From positions 186,001-250,000 of the forward strand of contig QPMI01000056.1 of assembly GCA_004431415.1 (NCBI GenBank): a stretch of 64,000 nucleotides of DNA. Direction: 5' to 3'. The notes below the pieces were generated by a model that worked only from the letters and a program-made list of their open reading frames with translations, was not told the origin of the DNA and did not search any database. The position numbers were made by a program, and so were the translations under genes. The stretch's first letter is position 1. Each line of letters begins with the position of its first letter. This DNA is from Cyanophora paradoxa CCMP329 (Eukaryota; Plantae; Glaucophyta). Below are positions 1-10,500 of the stretch, one piece after another.

Positions 1-1550
1 ATTTAAACCATCGCGAGGATAAATCGACCCACCTGCTTGGCGAAGCACGCGAAGATTGCGGCGCGGGCGGCCGCGTCGGGCAGGCCGAAACGCACGACGA
101 GGTCGAAGCGGCTGGCGGCGCAAATCAAAGAAATTGAAGTTGTGCCGTACGAACACCGGCCCGCCCCGTCGGGATCGATCGCGGGGACGGGCGGACCTCA
201 TGACCGCCGCGTCGAGGTCTTCCACGCGGTTCGTGGCGCCGAGCAGGACGATCTTGCCCGGCGCCGTCGCGCTCCGCCCGCTGATATTAAATAATTAGCT
301 GCAGGGCGGTTTGTGCGAGCTTGAGCGCGAAACCGCGCGCGCGCCTTGGCTGCTGTTTGAGGGGCCCAGCCGACTCTGCAAGGGAAAAGCGCCGATTATC
401 TACGACGCCTAATTCAGCCGCCCCCGCGCACCGAAGCCGTCCAGATTCCGCAGGAGGATGGAGAGCAGGCGCCGCGTCGTCTCGCTGACCTCTGGCGGCG
501 TGCACGCGCGCGTCAGCGCTGTCAGCGCCCGCCCCGCGAGTTCGATCCCGAGCGCGATCGCGAGCGTCCTCGCCTCGGTCGGAGTTGCGCGTCGGCGTGA
601 CGGAATCCAGCTCGTCTACGAACAGGAGGACCGCCGGGCCGAGCTGGTCACGGCCAAGAGCTCGAGCAATCAGGCCTAGGGCGAGACGTCGCGGCGTCGC
701 AACCGGCGGCAGTGGCAAGCTTTAAGAGCCGTGGCCGCGCCGCGTGCACCTCGCGGCAGAGGTCGAAGATGCGGCCCAGCGTCCGCTCGCTCTCGCCGTA
801 CCTGCCCGCCATCATGGCATCTCGACTTCTAGCATTTACGTTGAGGCCGCAGCCGAGACATCGCACCACTTGCCGACGACGGTCTCCATCCGGAAATTGA
901 CGAGGGGGGCCTGCGCACATCGCCAGTTGCGATTAATATTGCGATCAGCGATGATCAAGGCCGAGCTTGAGCTCGTTTGAATGTGAAATGTGTGAAATGT
1001 GCAATGAGGCGCACGTCGCACTGGGCGGCGAGGACGCGGGCGCAGGTCGTCTTCCCCGTCCCTGCGGCCCCCGGCGCGCCCCCGTCACGAAGCGCGCCGG
1101 AGGCCGAGCCCACGCTCCTCGGGTCTGACCCGGCGGGCCCTCGAAGAGGACGCCCCGGGGGACGCTGGACACCGGCCGCCTCCGCGTCCCCCGGCAGACC
1201 TGGGCGGCGCGCGCGCGTCAACGTCGCCCGCGCCGGAGTGCGCGGAGCAGAGCGGAGGGCTCGAGGGTCGGCGTCGGACCGCGTCGAAGAGGGGGGCGTA
1301 GCGGAAGGGGACGACAAAGGAGGCCTCGATCTCCTGAGGCGGGAATGTAAATGGCGCGCTTTTCAGAAATAAATAATTCCTGAAATTCCAAGTTCAAGCG
1401 GCGCGTGCGCATGCGCACGCGCTTGACGTCGTCGTAGCCGGCGAGGTCCGACCAGTCGAGGCGGGCCCCTTCGGCGCCGTACGCGTCCTTCGCGTCGGGG
1501 GGCCCGCGGCCGGCTGCGGGCCGCGAGACCTGCCGAGCGCCTCGTGAAGC
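1..1550 (-). pseudogene. AAA+ ATPase (At4g04180-like family) multi-exon gene/fragment, copy 1; runs off the left edge, N-terminus not found
   Basis: Spliced peptides LDWSDLAGYDDVKR, PRGVLFEGPPG|TGKTTCARVLA (Walker A), YGESERTLGRIFDL, LLFVDELDS (Walker B), RRLLSILL-NLDGF, IVLLGATNR, RFDLVVRFGLPD. Reverse complement of about 44470-46250. Confidence 0.8.
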
Positions 1551-2259
1551 CGCCGAATCTGAAATAGTTACATGATTACAATAAAGCGGAGCTCACAAGG
1601 AGGCCCATCTCCTCCAGCTTCCGGGCGGCGGCCTCTGCTCGGCTGCTCCAGCCGGGCCCGAGGCCAACGGCATTCGGGCTCGCGTGGCCTTTCTCTGCTT
1701 GTCCTGTCTCGACGTCGGCCGCGGGTCCCGCTGCGGCGCCGCCGCTTGCCGGCGCCTGATCATGACCCGATCGATATCGTAAATCAACCGTTTGTGTACG
1801 AACTAAATTATGATCATTCAATCCTGGCGCGCACATTGGCGACACCGGTGGTGCCGGCGGTGCTCGAGCTCGAAGGGCGATCCGTTTCGATGATCTGCGA
1901 TGATCATGAGCTCTCTTACATGCCGACTACGTTTTCAGCCGAATTATTAGTTTAGCGAGAAAGCGAAGCTCGTCGAATTCCTTAGCACTTCGACGTATGC
2001 GTAATTATATGTATAAGACGCGTACGTCGACTTCCCTTCCACGTCCGGGATCCTCCGGAGCACCTTAGGAGTGGAGGGCGTAAGCTTGGCTCCGGAGTCC
2101 GGATCCGGTGTCCGTGCCGAGCCCTCCTCGCGATCGATTCCGACTACGCCTTCAGCCTACGCGAGAAAGAGAGGGCGTCGTCGGCTTCGGAGCCGATGGA
2201 CGGGCACCCCATCCGGAAACGATCGATTTCAGATCCCAGGCGGACTCGAATGCGCGCCT

Positions 2260-4640
2260 TCGGTGCGGGGCTCGCGATCGATCCCGGATAGACGGCCGCG
2301 TTCCTGAAATCATTGATCTCGAAAACGGGAGCGAAGTCGAAGCCCTTGAAAACTCTGTAAAACGCCTTTATGTGCCCCGCGAACTCTGCAGGCGGCTACA
2401 TGAATGTCTTGATTATGAACTGTAAGGGACTGAATAAGTGTCTTATAATTGATTACGATCGCGAACTATAAGGGAACTGCTAGCGATATATTATATAGCT
2501 CTAGATCTAGATCTAGATCTATAGCTATAGTCACGTGCACGCAATCGAACTCCCGACTGCAGTCTGGAGGTACTGGTAGCGAATCGAGTTTTCGCAGGAA
2601 CGCTGGATATTATACTACATATCGATATCTATATTTTTTTTGGTGATATCTATATATTGATGCACACGCCGCCGAATATTGCAATTGCGACTCACCACTT
2701 TCCTGCAGCGGCGCCCCTTTGATTCTCTCCAGGATCCTCCTCAGCTCGCGGAGCGAGTAGGCGATATCGAAGCGTCTCAGAACGTTCTCCATCGTAGATT
2801 CCCACGCCGATTGCGACACGTCTCTGTTCAAATTCGAATTCGCGCGCTAATGCCCTTGAAGATCAGAACAATGAACATTGATTGCAGTATCACAGCAATC
2901 GATATATATCGATATCTATTTCGCTCATTGCAATTGCAATCATAAAAATGCATTTGGTAAACAGACATCGACGCACCGATCGCAGCTTGTCGAATCCGTG
3001 CCCATGGACTGCGTCGTAGAAAGAGAGGAAGCCGCGAAGCTCGCCTTCGGACAGGCTGCCGCCGCCTGCGCGAATAGGGGCTGTCAGTTCGCATTTCATG
3101 GCCAATTGCAAGCGCATTAATATTATCGTTAACGTTGTACGTGTCAACGAAACGCGCGCACTGATAACGAGCTCAAACTGGAGCCGATACTTCAGCTTCC
3201 GCAGCCTCAAGATGACAGTCCTGCTGTCCTAATTCGGGCAATGAGCGATTAATATTGCGCATGCTTTGTATTTGATCGCTTCCTATATATATAGCTGTTA
3301 AGAATCTAATTCTTATTACGTGCGTATTTCAGCTTCCGCAGCCTTAAGATGACAGTCCTGCTGTCCTAAATCGGGCAGTTAGCGATTGATATTGCTTCGT
3401 CTTTGATCGCTTCCTATTAATAATCTACTTCTTATCGCGTGCGAGCGTTTCGAACGGACTTGGGTGGCGCCTTTGAACGCCGCTTGAAAATCGAAGCTCT
3501 CTTCAAATATAGCCTCGGCCTCCGGCTCTGTTGCGAAATTCTGAATGATCAATGCGCGCCGAAACGCCATTCATGCACATGGCACATGCGGGGCTAAATC
3601 TGCGCCACATGTACAAGTTAAAGGTCGGCCTGGCACGCACTCCCACTCGCGATGAACGTTTGCAGGTCGGATCCATCGCTCGCCCGCAGGTCGTCCAACA
3701 GGTCCGCGAATGATTCCAGAACGAAGAGAGCGTTTCCGTACCCGTTGACGTGTTTGAAGGACGCTTTGTTCTCGGTGGGCACGTCGAAGCTTATGGCGAG
3801 AGCTCGCTCCTTCGGATTCGTCCCTGAGGCACGTTTTGCATTCACAGAAATATACTGCCAGAAATCCTCAGCCGCCTTCGACTTATCGCTTGTCATCACG
3901 AGCTTCGAAAGGTCCGGCTTTCCACTTCCGCCCGTGCTGAAATCTGCTGGGAAATTAAATGAGAAGTGAATATATATATACCTTTGGAAAAGTGCTCGCT
4001 TCCGAAGAACTGCTCGATACGGGCTTTGCGATGGTTGTCGCATTTTATCCAGCAATCCAATTGGTCGTCAGCTGTGTAGGAGGCGAAAAACCGCGGGCAC
4101 GGTTCCAAATATCGGGGACCGGCAATGTTTATACGCGTACGCGTGGAACTGCTCCGAGCAGCTCCGGGCAGCCTTCCATGGCCAATCACATTCGCGTTCT
4201 TGCCTGTCAGCCGTTCGACTGCAGCTGACATGTACACCCGCCGACCTGCAGCGGCTGAAATATTAATCATGATCGATATATATATCAGGCGCGTGCGCGT
4301 GCCGCCATATATATGCATGCCGTGCCGGGGCCATCACGCCCGCATGCGCACCTTGGAAAATCGAGAAGCTTGATTTCCCGCCAATGCTGATTTCCATCGC
4401 GCCCGAGCTCGAGGAGGACGATCGCGAGCTCGTCGCGGGCGCATGGACGGGATCGCGAGGCCGCGGCCGCGCATGCAGAGGGCGAGCTGCAGCTGACAGC
4501 CCGCGCACGCGATCGGCCGCGAGGATTCCTTGCTGAAAGTCGGCTTCGCGCTGCAGGGCGCCGCAGAGCTGGACGAACGCCGCCGCGCCGCTGTACATGT
4601 GCACGTGGCCGGCGCCGCTTAACATTAAATTCGGGAAGCA
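2260..4640 (-). CDS. Multi-exon gene of unknown function (gene A, copy 1)
   Basis: Exon peptides conserved with the inverted paralog at 42373-43900 (GKPDLSKL, KERAL, GYGNALFxLESFADLxDDLRA, RELRRILERIKGAPLQESG, FKGFDFAPVFxINDFRNAAVYPG) while introns diverge. Ends approximate. Confidence 0.55.
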
Positions 4641-5112
4641 AAAGATGCGCGTGCAGCTGATCTATAGAAGAGATCTAGATCTATAGAAGAAGATGCGCGT
4701 ATATTATATATAAGAGATCTAGATCGATATCTATAGAGCTCGATCGAGGAGAGAGGAGAATTCGAAATTCTACATAATATTCGAAGAGGAGAGATTTATA
4801 TATTTAGAGCAGCTATAGCGCTAGCTATAGCTAGCTAGGGGCCCGGGCCGGAGCCGCGGCGCCGGCGGGCCGCGCGCGGTCCGGCGGCCCCAATTTTAAG
4901 CCGCGCGCGGCTGACGATCGCGATCGACATCGATATCATGCAGAGCTAGCGCGCGCTCGAGCTAGAAACTGCATGCATATGCTAGCTAGTTTAAAATTGG
5001 GTCCGTATGGTGCGTTGCAATTGACGTCGGCGCCGGGCGCCGGCGTCGCATTCGAATTCGAATTCCTGCCAATTTCCTGGCCGGTCCAGGGTACACGAAC
5101 CGCAGAAAAAAA

Positions 5113-5727
5113 ATGGCCCGCACCAAGAGGAAAGCGGCGAACCTGGAGAACCTGCCTACGGTGCGTCATCGTCAAAGCTTTCCATAGAGTCTAGCGCGCT
5201 CGCCTTCCGCTTCCCGAGCCCCGACACGTCAAACAGGACCCGCGCTACTCGGCCACCGTCGCGAACCTGAGGGCTGTCGCGGAGTTCCTCGAGATGAACT
5301 CCCGCCTCATCGCCGGCGTGCGCACCGAGTGCCGGGCCTCGCGCGCCGCACTCCGCAGGCAACTCACGTCGCGAGCTCGAGCAGGTGAAAGCCATTCAAG
5401 CGAAGGAGCAGATGACGCAGGCCGACATCGAGAAGTGTGCGAGAGACTTGTGCGCCTGCCCCCGGACCCTGTGTTGGGTAGCGCCTGGCTTAGGATCCGC
5501 GGCTCACGTGCACGCCGCGCAGGGTTCACGTCAACATGAACTGCTCGCGCGTCGTCGCGATCTACAACCGGCTTGTCAGCAACGGGGCGCAGCCGCCCGG
5601 CCCGCCAGTCCCCGTCTCCACGCCGATCCCTGTGGCCAGCCTCCCCCGGCCGGCGCCGCCAGCCCCAGGCATCGCGACGGGCCCCGCTGGAGCCGTTCCC
5701 TTCGCCGCCGCGCCCGTCACGCACTGA
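5113..5727 (+). CDS. ELF4-like (DUF1313) small helical protein, 4 exons, Pro-rich tail
   Basis: Exons 5113-5160, 5237-5317, 5385-5449, 5523-5727 with GT-AG introns give MARTKRKAANLENLPTDPRYSATVANLRAVAEFLEMNSRLIAGVKAIQAKEQMTQADIEKCARDLVHVNMNCSRVVAIYNRLVS..., matching the ELF4 pattern VxxxLxxNxxLIxxV...NxNxS(K/R)VVxxYxxL. Confidence 0.65.
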
Positions 5728-6006
5728 GCTATCTAGATCTGAGCTAGCTGTCCCATCATCAGCGCCTCGCCCCCGTTTCAAGTTTTCCGGCCCACCTCCT
5801 AGATCCTTGCTCCGCTCTGTTCTTCTCTTCGGCTCTCTACCGATTCTTTCCACTCTTCCGGACCGCCCACAGGCTCGCCCCTCCCGAGCCGCGAGGGTAT
5901 CTTCGCCTCTTTTCGCCCCCCCGCCCCCCGCAGCGCCCCCAAGCTTGTACAGACATCGCAGTTTCAATTCAGCCCCGTTCTACTATCAGAGCGTGTACCC
6001 CTACCC

Positions 6007-7455
6007 CTAGGAGGCCTTCTTGCGGTCGCCGGGGGGTAGCAGCGAGTCGAGGTCGTCCTCCTCGTCCTCGGGTTCCCGGGGGGGTTCCTCGTGGGGCCTC
6101 GGGCCCACCATCTGCGCCCGCTCAGATCTGAGATGGCGAGATGGCGAGAGGGATCGCGTACCCGCTTCCAGGTCTTCCACTGGACGGCAACGAGCGTGTT
6201 CACGATGACGTCCGCCCATTGGTCCGACGCCTTCACGTACCCCTGCCGCGAGAAGAACATGGGCCGGATCCACGACCTGGACGGGGCCGGTCAGCGTGGG
6301 GTCAGGGGGTACTCGTTTCGACAAGCGGGGCGGGGGTACGGCGCGCCAGACGTTCGCGTAGTTCGTGAACTTGTGCCCCGAAAGGTCGGCGCCGAGCATG
6401 GCGCCGTCGTCGTTCCTGTACCCGGCCCATCGGGGGGGGGGGGCGCGGAGGGACGGGGGTACGCGCTTGCAGCAGTACTCGGCGACGCGCTGGGCGCGGG
6501 CCTTGAGAGCGTCGGTCGGCTCCTTGCCGACGGGGGGTACGGCGACGAAGCACTCGAAGCCGCGGGCCCGCACAGCGCGCGCGACGGCCTTTATGTTCTC
6601 CACCGTCTGATCCGCCTCTGCGTAGTCCCTGCGGCCCGCGGTAAGGATCGGACGCGGACCAAATCATCGGAATTCGATCGCGCGCACTTGCACGAGTCCT
6701 CGGCGCCGAGCATGACGAGGACGACCTCTGCGTCTCTGCAGTGCTTGCTGTCCAGCGTCTCCTCGAGGAGCCGCGGCTGCGGCGGCGGCGCGGGCCGGCG
6801 GCGTGGGCGCGGGCGCGGGCGGCCGCCGCGCGCGGCTCAAGAGCGCAAGCGCACCCGCTCCGCGCGGTTGGGGAGCCAGTCCTTGGACGTCGTTCCGACG
6901 CGGCCCTTGTTGACGACCTGCGGCGCCGGCCCCGGGCGGCTCTTCAGCACCGCGGGCGGGCGCGAGGCGAAGCAGCGGCGGCCGGCTCGCCTGGAAGCGC
7001 TGCTTGATGCGCGAGTCCGCCTGTATCATCGCCTTGAGGTAGCGAGCAACGCCCACGGGCTCGCCGAAGCTGAGAAGCGGCAAAGTCGTCACGCGCGGGC
7101 GGCGTGCATGCGGGGCGCGCCGAAGCACACCTGAGGGTATCTCCATGCCCCATAGCTAACCCGTCGCCTGCCGCCGGGGCGTGAGGCGCGCGGGCGGCCG
7201 CGGTCGAGCGCGGCCCTTTCTAGAAGGCGCACCGATGATGACGATCTTGTGTCGCAGCGCGTCCACGGGCTTCACATTGAGCCAATTCTCGAAAGCGACA
7301 ATGGCGCGTATTCTGTGGGCGCGGGCGGACGTCGGGCGCCATGCGCGGATGCGACTTGCCGAGCGCCCGTCCCGATCGCACCTGCAAACCTTCCAGAAGA
7401 GGTACACTTGGTACAGGACGTACGTAATGACGTAGACAAAGTCCGTGAAGGCCAT
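6007..7455 (-). CDS. SGNH/GDSL-hydrolase-like protein with N-terminal hydrophobic segment, multi-exon
   Basis: MAFTDFVYVITYVLYQVYLFWK; KIVIIG|DGLAMGHGD (block I-like); AEVVLVMLGAED (block III-like); TVENIKAVARAVR; HMFFSRQGYVK; stop at 6007-6009. Confidence 0.6.
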
Positions 7456-7517
7456 CTTCGGTTGGCCTTGCTGTGTGCTGCGGGGTACGCGCGCTTGACC
7501 TTCGAGTCGAGCCTGCG
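7456..7517. promoter_or_regulatory. Putative bidirectional promoter / shared 5' region
   Basis: Only 62 bp separate the inferred ATG at 7455 (minus) from the inferred ATG at 7518 (plus). Confidence 0.5.
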
Positions 7518-10500
7518 ATGGCGGGCGGGCGGGACCCGCGGGATCTGAACAAGGAGGTGAGCTCGAATCGTACGCATCGCGAGCTCGCATGCGTCCGGAC
7601 CGGCTGATTCGCCGAGCGCCGCGAACGCGCAGCTGCAAAAGGATGCGGACATCGCCGCGTGGGAGGACGTGTGGCCCGACGTGGACGAGCAGGCCCGCCC
7701 GCAGCTCGCAAGCGCGAGCGCTCGCTCGCTGGCATGGACGTCGACTGACGCGGCGTACGCGGGGGCACGCAGTTCTTCAAGGATGGCGACTTCATCCGCA
7801 AGGGATCGCAGGAGGTGCGCTCGCGCCTCGCCTCGCCTCGCCTCGCCTCGCCTCGCGCGGGACTCGCCCGGCTCACACTCGCACGCCCCGCGCCGCCCCG
7901 CGGCCGCCTGTGCAGTACCACGACTTCAAAGGTGCGCACGCGCGGGCCGCGGGCGCCGCCCCGCGCCGCCCCAACGCTCACGCCGGCGCCCGCCCGCAGA
8001 GTTCTTCTTCAAGCTGGTGCGGGTGAAGAAGGCGCGGGCGGGGCAGGCCGCCGAGCCGCGGCGCCAGCTGCCTGAGGAGGAGCGCCGGAGCGTGCGCGAG
8101 CGCACGGGCATCGACGTGGGCGAGTTCCCGTCGCGCTACGACACGCGCTACCGGATCAATTTCAGCGTCCTCGCGGAGCCGCCCCCGCAGCAGCAGCGGG
8201 GCGGCCCCGAGGCGCCCCGCCGCCGCCGCCGGCAGCTCCTCAGCGACGAGCAGACGGCCGAGATGCGCCGCGCCCTCGCCCTCTTCGCCGACTTCAGGTA
8301 CCCCCCCCCGCCGCGTCCCCGCCCGTACCCCCGCGCCTGCCCCGCGCGACCGTACCCCCCCCCCGGGCCCGCAGGCAGAAGAAGGTATTCGCGAAGCTGC
8401 ACAAGGTGCGGGCCGACCAGCGGAACCTCCCCATCTACCCCTACCGCGAGCAGGCGCGTACCCCTCCCGATCCGCCGCCCTCGCGGCTTGAGGGCGACCT
8501 GTACCCCCTCAGATCCTCGCTGCGATCGCCGCCAACCCCGTCGTCATCATCGCCGGCGACACGGGTCCGCGCCCGTACCCCCCTCCCCGGCCTGCCGTCT
8601 TCCCCCCCTCTAATCAAAGCTTGTTTCAGGGTGCGGCAAGTCGACTCAGGTACCCCAATTCCTCCTCCAGGCGGGGTACCAGAAGATCGCGTGCACCCAG
8701 GCGAGCGAGCCGTACCCCCGGTCGCCCTCCAAGCTCACGTACCCCCCCCCCCCCCCCCCCCGCCAGCCCCGGCGCATTTCGGCGATCGCGCTATGCCGGC
8801 GCGTCTCGCACGAGACCTTCAACGGGTACGGCTCCAGCATCGCCTTCCAGGTGACCCCGTACCCCCCAGGGCGCCCCTTGCGTCGACAGTACCCCCCTGA
8901 ACGTGCCTCAGATCCGGTTCGACTCGACGCGGACGGCGGACACTCGTGTGCTCTTCCTCACCGAAGGCCTCCTCCTCCGCCAGGTGAGCGGGACCCGCCG
9001 CGGGGGGGGGTACGAGGCGCCGGCCCCGCGCCTGACCCGGGGCCCGCCCGCCCTTCCCCTCAGCTCGCGTCGGACCCTCAGCTCGCCAAGTACGACGTCG
9101 TGCGCCCCCTGCCCGCCCCCGTCCCCGTCTTGGCTCGGGTCGGCTCGGCTCGGCTCTTCTCGGCTCGGCTCGGCTCGGCTCGGCTTGATCTAGCTCGGCC
9201 AGCCCGGTGCGCTTTCCGTGCCGTCGCTTGCCTCTGACGTCCCCCGCCCCCGCCCCGGCCCGGCCGCTCAGGTGATCATCGACGAGGTCCACGAGCGCCA
9301 CATCACGCGCGTACCCCCCTCCATCTCCATCCCCCCCCTCACCAAGCTGAGCCGGGTGCAGGGGGGACTTCCTGCTGGCGATCCTGCGTGACCTCGTCAT
9401 GCGCCGCCCGGGCCTCAAGATCATCTGCATGCGCGCCCGATCCCCCTACCCCCCTAGAGGCCCCCCTACCCTCGTCCCTCCGGTACCCCTCATTCAACCC
9501 CCCCCCCCCCCCCCAGGTCGGCGACGATCAACGTTGGGCTCTTCTCTGGGTACTTCCACGGCGCCCCCGTCGTCGAGGTCCCCGGCCGCCTCTTCCCCAT
9601 CAAGGTACCCCCCAGTGCTTCCCCCCTCCCCTCCCGGGCCTCCAGCGAAGCCCCTTCGGGCGGCCGGGGTCCTTCTATAGAAAGGCGGCGATCATCCTTC
9701 CAATAGATCTGTAGTTTGGCGTACCCCCCGCGCCCCGCCCGTTTTCGCGCGCGCGCGGCCCCGAATATCTCGCGCGGCCTCTGCCAATCGCTTCCCCCCC
9801 CCCCGCTCTTCCAACCGCGTACCCCCCCAGCTGGAGTACGTGGAGATGCCTCGGAAGGAGGAGTTCCTCGACGAGCGCCTCCAGAGGGGCTCCCTGGGCC
9901 GCCGCCCCGCCCACATCGCAGGCGCCCACCCGCCCCGCCCCGCCTCGATCCGTTCTCTCCCGCCTTCGTGCCTCGTCTTAAGCTTTGGCTCCGGTTAGCT
10001 TATCAGAGTCCGCTACATTCAGCTGATTTCGTTAAGCTGGCTTAATTCGAGCTAAGAATTTGGAGGCCTCGGGCTAGCGCCCGCCGCCTCTGCTGCTCTG
10101 CCGCTCCCTGTCTTAGGGCTTCGCAGCGGCGGGGACGGTCATCCCGCAGCAGGCGGAGCCGGCGATCCTGCGGAGGACGCGCAAGTCAGGCGGCAGGGGC
10201 CTCGCCGGCCGCTCGGCGCGCCCGCCCTCCATCGCCTCTCTGAGCGAGCCGCCTGAGCTGTTCTTAGATACTGGACGTGGAGCCGTACATCAAGGTCCTG
10301 AGCCGCATCGACCAGCAGTACCCCCCCGACGAGCGGTGCGCCCCCCCGCCACGCCCTTCTCCCCCCCTCCCCTTCCCCGCCCGACTCGCCTGCCTCCAGG
10401 GGCGACGTGCTCATCTTCCTCTCGGGCATCAACGAGATCATGGCCCTCGTCGACGAGGTCCGATGCCGCTGCGCCCGCTGCGCTAACGGGGGGACGCCCC

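Noticed and set aside
5113-5140. MARTK start suggesting histone H3
   Set aside because: Similarity ends after five residues and no histone fold follows.
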